Shown piece by piece: positions 57,795 to 64,000 of a stretch of DNA of 64,000 bases (the first letter of the stretch is position 1; every line of letters starts with the position of its first letter). The notes under the pieces were generated by a model, which searched no databases, was not told the DNA's origin, and worked only from the letters and a program-made list of their open reading frames with translations. The translations under genes were made by a program, and so were the position numbers. The DNA is taken from the NCBI RefSeq assembly GCF_009914755.1, contig NC_060930.1; one strand, written 5' to 3'. This stretch comes from the human T2T-CHM13v2.0 reference genome, Homo sapiens.

Positions 57795-59156
57795 CAAAGT
57801 TTATTTTGTTCTATCATGTTGACTCAGTTAAAATAACTGATATAACATGTATCTTCATTTAACTACCTGTCTCAACTCTTACCGAAATAGTGTAATAAAC
57901 ATTTTGACCCTAGCTGCTAAATAATGTCTCTGTGTTTTTTTCCAGCTATTCCACATTTATCACACAGTGAAAACAAAAGCAAAACTGCCACTCAGCCTAA
58001 CTGATGGTCCAAGACAGGCCATATGGCTTGGTGCCATCTTGAAATGCAACTACTGCTTTTATTGCACTTTGAGATTCTAGGTTGGCTGTTTGAATGATTT
58101 ACTAGTTGCCTTGTTAAACAAGAACTAGTCTTTACCATTCTCCTAAGTTTGTTTAAAGTAACATTCATCTTTTTGTTTTAATGGTGGTAAGATTTAATGT
58201 AGTTGAATTACTGTCAATTTGCCTCCATAAACATTTTCTATATGAAGACTTTAAGTGCAAGATTATCAACAATGCAATTAACTTTGAATTAATTAGGAAT
58301 CACAGTCCTGTTTCTGCTGGCTTCTGTTCCTTTTGCCCAGAAAATATCTGCCTCCTCTTTATTTCTCCTTCATTCTGTGTGAAAGAATAATTATGTAAAT
58401 ATCCAAACCCGGATCTACAGGATGGTAAACAAATGTTTTGACAGAGAACAAAATAGCACGTTGGAATAGGGAAAGCTATACAAAGATTAATTGCATTTTA
58501 GTTTTATTATTATTATTATTATTATGCCATTTTGGGTGGCATTTTGCAGCAAAAAGCTCCATGACGAGTTGTTAATAGGTTAAATTACCAACTTTTATAA
58601 ATTTTTAGCATATTTTTCAGCTCTATAAAGCAAGCTCATACAAAGAAAAAATAATCTATGGTTGTATATGCAAAATTTAAAAAATAAATAAATTGAACAT
58701 AATTCTCAACATAATTGAGAATTATGTAATTCTTCTAATAACATATAACTTGATAATTATACTTTTTATAATTCTTTTATATTAAGCAATATAACATTTA
58801 TCCAAAAGTGAACTATTTTATTCTTCCACATCAAAAGATATTTTATCCCTTTATATATCTGTGGAAATTTCACTTTTCTGGTGTTCTTTAGAAAGTTAAG
58901 GAGCCCATCTATATGTTAGAAGAATTTCTGTAATGATAAACAATGTAAAAACAGTCTCGATTTCTTAAATAAATTGGGTGTTGGTTACCATTGATAAAAG
59001 AGCAATAGACTATTGTCTTTGTATATGCAACATTCAATAAAATATTAAGTTTGAACTTTTCATGATCATATTTAGTTATAAAGTTTGCTATCCTCAAATG
59101 CATCAGCAATAATACACAGAAATGCACACACACATTTTCACCCATTTTCTGCCATC

Positions 59157-59157
<1 letters not shown>

Positions 59158-59187
<30 letters not shown>
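59158..59187. repeat. (TG)n microsatellite
   Basis: Direct reading. Confidence 0.95.
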
Positions 59188-59190
<3 letters not shown>

Positions 59191-59221
59191 ATCAAATTGA
59201 ATTATATAAAAATAAAGATAT

Positions 59222-59594
<373 letters not shown>

Positions 59595-60952
59595 TTAATG
59601 TCTCTAGGAGAAGGATATCAGTTCATTGTATGCTTATAATTTTTATAGGTTTGGGTTGTTTTTAAATAAAAAGCTAAAATTTTATAGTATTCTATTGCAA
59701 TATACGTCATTATATGGTGATGGTTGCAAATTTGGATTTCTTTCAAAAATACAGCTATTCAATATATCTGAAAATTTTATATTTCTAAATTATTTCTTCT
59801 AAAGATAATTAAAAGAGAAACTATATTCCGCCTGTTCATAACGCCTTAGGCATTGTTGTTTACAGCAATAGGTGACATATTATGCTACAGGTTCTGATGA
59901 TGGCCAATGAAACAAAGTAATTTACAAAGTCCTTTGCCCTGTGTCCTATATTTGCAGCAATTCATTGCTTTGTGAGTGGCAGAAGCTATTATGTTTTGTT
60001 CACATCTCAATGTGGGTCATTTACAGAAACCTAGTGTGTGACATTTCTTGTAAAGCTAAAAAGGACAAGTGTGAATATTTAGCTAACATAGTATTTTAAG
60101 GGTCATAAAAAGGAATCTATAACTTTAGCTCTGAATGCAAATATACATATGAAGAAGAAGCATCAAATATAATTGGTTATTTCTAACTCTAATAGCTACA
60201 AGTCAGATTGGCAGTGGGATTTTACACATAGAGTAGTCAATGTGCTTATGATGCAAGTTGGAAAACTACTTACCTCTGGGCATATTTGCATTAGAATGAT
60301 GCAGGTACAGCTCTAAACAGACAGGATATAAACAGCCAAACTTTTGGCACAACCAGCATATGCTCATCAAAATTCATTTTCACTGTCTTTACATGTTAAA
60401 ACCCACATATTCTTTAGCAAAATTGTTGAACACTTAAAAGAGGTGTCTGATAGCAAAGTATTGAGACATATGGAGACAGTTTTGGTTTGTTTTCTAGAAA
60501 CTCTTAGGTGCTCACCATTCTGTTTAATAGTCATTGAAATTCAGACAGCTTTGGTTTGAAGTCATACTAAATAAAGAAAAATGAAAATATAAGGGAGGAA
60601 CAAAGAAGAGAAAGAGAATAAAAAGGGAAACAGAACTTTAGAAAAAGGAAAAAGAAATTCACAAAATAATAAAGTGGACACAGCTGGAAGGAGTCAAGAA
60701 TGCCCCTAGCCCCTGACCATTTCTAGAGGCAGTCCTAGTGTAGGTTTCTAGTGATGAAGTCAATGTTTTTCTATATGTGTAGTCTCACATTTGTAAGGGG
60801 ACAATCATATTCTTCTTCATTCATTCCTCTTTAATTTATTCAGTTGGTTAACAAATACGTATGGAACCAGATGAACACATTAAAGAGTGAGGGAATTTCC
60901 AGCATCTGGACATGGTTGATATGGAGGGTGAAGGAGAGGGAGGATGTAAAAA

Positions 60953-61708
60953 TGTAATCACTGGATGGATTTTTTTTCTGCCCACTGCACAGAAAAAAAT
61001 CAATTCACTGAGATCACAACATTGCAGTAGAGAAAGAGTTTAATTGATGTGAGGCTGGCCACACAGGAGATGGACTTCTTAATCAAATCAGTCTCTCAAA
61101 AGGCTTAGAGACTAGGGATTTTATAGACACTTTCTTTCGTGGTCAGGGGGCTAGGGAATGGGTGTTGCTGACTAGTTGGGGGTGAAATAATAGGGTGTGG
61201 AAAATGGTCCCCATTCAGTGAGTCTACCTCTGGGTGAGGCCATGGGACAAGTTGAGTGATGAGTCACAGTTCCAGGTGGGGTCAGTCTGAAGAATACCTC
61301 AAAAAACCAACCCTTTATGTTTTACAATAGTGATGTTTTCCACAGGAGCAATTGGGGAAGTCACAAATCTTGTGATCTCTGGCCACTTGACTACTGAACA
61401 GCAAGAGACTGTGGAAACTATGCCTATGTTTTAGCAGAAGTGAGGCCCATCCAATATTCCTAATCTTATGGCCTTTCACTAGTCTTACAAAGGGAGTTTC
61501 AGCCCCCAAACAGGGAGGGGATACATTTTAAAGAGAGACTGTTACTAGTATTATCATTGCTTCAAAGTTAAACTATAAATTAAAGTCCTCCCAAAATTAG
61601 CTTGACCTATGCCCAGGAATTACCAAGGACAACCTGGAGGTCAGAAGCAAGATGGAGTCAACCACGTCAGACTTAGCTTACTGTCAAAACTTCACAAATG
61701 CAGTTTCA
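60953..61708 (-). mobile_element. LTR8 (LTR8A/B-like) ERV1 solo LTR inserted in L2
   Basis: Reverse strand TGAAAC...gactccatcttgcttctgacctcc...TACA; TSD aaaa on both sides. Confidence 0.88.
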
Positions 61709-62099
61709 AAAATAGCTCCCCAAAATAGCTTCTCTCCTCTCCCGTCCCCTCCCCTTTCCTTCCCTCCACTTCCCTTCCCTTCCTCCTTCAGAACTAGATG
61801 AGTGATTTTGGCATTTACCAAGGTAGGAAACCTGAATGAAGAGTGATTTGGAGGAGAAAACAACGAATTTATTTTCAAAATGTCAATAGTGAAGTCCTCG
61901 TGCCACATATATGGGGAGTTGTGAACATTAATTGAAAGTTCTATATTTTTAGACTAAATTCATGTTTACCTTGAAAGAACCAAATATCATAACTAAAAAA
62001 GAATGGCCTAAGTTACAGTTTAGTTAGAAATACACTAAATACATTAACTTATTCCTGAAGAACAGATCTCATTAGCTACTTTCATACTGCCAATAGAAA

Positions 62100-62320
62100 T
62101 GAGTAATAATAGTTAATATTTATTGAGTAAATACTTGTAATATATATTTTATATACATTAAGTCTATTCCTCAAAGTTCTAATTTGATTTTATTATTCAC
62201 ATTATCAAGAAATAGAGTCAAAGAGGTAAAACTATTATCTAAACATACACAGCTAGTAAGTAACAGAGCCATGATTTAAGCCAGGCCTGCCTGCCTTCAA
62301 GCCAGGAATGAACCACTACA
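62100..62320 (-). mobile_element. MIR remnant
   Basis: aataatagttaatatttattgag ... cacagctagtaagtaacagagcc..gattt. Confidence 0.7.
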
Positions 62321-62427
62321 TTACACTCATTCATTAGAGGAAAATTAACCACTAATGTATTTTTTTTAACCATCGCATGGTTAAAAATTAGAGGAAAATT
62401 AACTACACATGTGATTTTTTAACCATC

Positions 62428-63193
62428 ATATTTATTTTTAAGTGTACGGTTTAGTAGTACTAAGTATATTCATATTATTATGCAACAGATCTCTAGAACT
62501 ATTTAATCTTGCAACACTGAAACTTTACAGCCATTAAATACCAGTTCACCTTCTTCCCTTTCCCCAGTCCTTGATAACCACCTTTCTACTTTTGGTTGCT
62601 ATGATTTTGGCTACTTTAAATACTTCATATGAGGGGAATCAAAGAGCATTTCTCTAGCTTATTTTATTTAGCATAATGACCTTAAGATTAATCCATGTTG
62701 TAGGACATGACAGAATTTTTTTCCTTTTTTAAGACCACGTAGTATTCCATTGCATGTGTATACCACATTTTCTTTATCCATCATCTGTCAATGGACATTT
62801 GGATTTCTTTCACCTCTTGGCTATTGTGAATACTACTACAATGAAAATTGATATTTAAATATGTCATAGAGATTCTGTTTTTAATTATTTCAGATATATA
62901 CCTAGAAGTGCAGTTACTGGGTCATATGGTGATTGTATTTTAAATTTTTTGAGGAATCTTCATGCTGCTTTCCATAAGAGTTGCACTATTTTTCATTCTT
63001 ACCAAAAGTGCACAAGGGTTCCAAATTCTCTCCATCTTCTCCAACATTTGTTATTTTCTGTTCTTTTGAGAGTGGTAATCCTCTTGGGTGTGAAGTCATA
63101 TCTCATTGTGGTTTTGATCTGCGTTTATTAATGATGCTGAGCATCTTTTCCTGCACTTATTGGCCATTTTTATATCTTCTTTAGAGAAATGTC
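62428..63193 (-). mobile_element. L1MA/L1MB 3' region
   Basis: aagtgtac..tttagtagt..taagtatattca..gcaacagatctctagaact typical antisense L1 3' end. Confidence 0.9.
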
Positions 63194-64000
63194 TATTGGG
63201 GGAACCCACCCCCAATAATTTAACGTGAGTCCTTTTCTATTTTCCCTAAGTGTTGGCCAGTCTGAGAAATAAAGGAAAAGAGTACAAAAGAGAGAAATTT
63301 TAAAGCTGGGTGTCTGGGGGAGACATCACATGTCGGCAGGTTCCGTGATGCCCCCTGAGCCATAAAACCAGCAAGTTTTTATTAGTGATTTTCAAAAGGG
63401 GAGGGAGTGCACAAATAGGGTGTGGGTCACAGAGATCACATGCTTCAAGGGTGACAAAAGATCACAAGGCAGAAGGTCAGGGCAAAACTAGAATCACTAA
63501 TGAACTTCCATTTCCTGCTGTGCATGCACTGTCAGGGTTCAAGAGCAGAGAACGGGTCTGACTAGAATTCGCCAGGCTGGAATTTCCTAATCCTAGCAAG
63601 CCTGGGGCCACTGCATGACACTAGGGTGTGTTTCATCCCTATCTACATCTGCATAAGGCAGGCACTCCTAGGGCGGCCATTTTAAAGGCCCTGCCCTGGG
63701 AATGCATTCCTTTCCCAGGGCTGTTAATTACTAATATTCCTTACTGGGGAAAGAATTCAGCCATATTTCTCTTACCTGTTTTCGGTAATAAGAGAAATAT
63801 GGCTCTGTCCCGCCCGGCACACAGGCAGCCAGACTTTAAGGTTATCTCCCTTGTTCCCTGAAAATCGCTGTTATCTTGTTCTTTTTTCAAGGTGCCCAGA
63901 TTTCATATTGTTTAAACAGTTTGTGCAGTTAACGCAATCATCACAGGGTCCTGAGGTGACATACATCCTCAGCTTACAAAGATGACGGGATTAAGAGATT
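63194..64000 (-). mobile_element. MER11 (HERV-K11) LTR nested in L1, runs off window
   Basis: tattgggggaacccacccccaata..., gagaaataaag..gagtacaaaagagagaaattttaaagctggg. Confidence 0.93.

Overview
AT-rich primate (catarrhine, probably human/ape) non-coding DNA, intergenic or deep intronic. I found no convincing intact protein-coding gene; the ORF track is largely explained by Alu, L1 and LTR remnants and chance. The window holds about 15 Alu/FLAM elements (most with target-site duplications, TSDs), old L1M/L2/MIR remnants, solo LTRs (MER39, LTR12F, LTR12, THE1D, LTR8, MER11, MLT1), a truncated MSTA provirus and Tigger-family MITEs. Repeat-family names come from my recall of consensus sequences, not a database search. 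Features not explained by ordinary repeat annotation: (1) a 5'-truncated MATR3 retrocopy (C-terminal 17 codons plus 3'UTR) behind a splice-acceptor-like flank; (2) a hierarchical minisatellite with 8 invariant STAT/GAS motifs (TTCATGGAA); (3) a local segment present three times, one copy inverted, resembling templated insertions; (4) an AluY with clustered strand-specific A>G changes, 45 bp from an inverted Alu; (5) a twin-primed L1 stub; (6) several perfect short palindromes with template-switch character. I cannot establish a wholly new biological system from the sequence alone.
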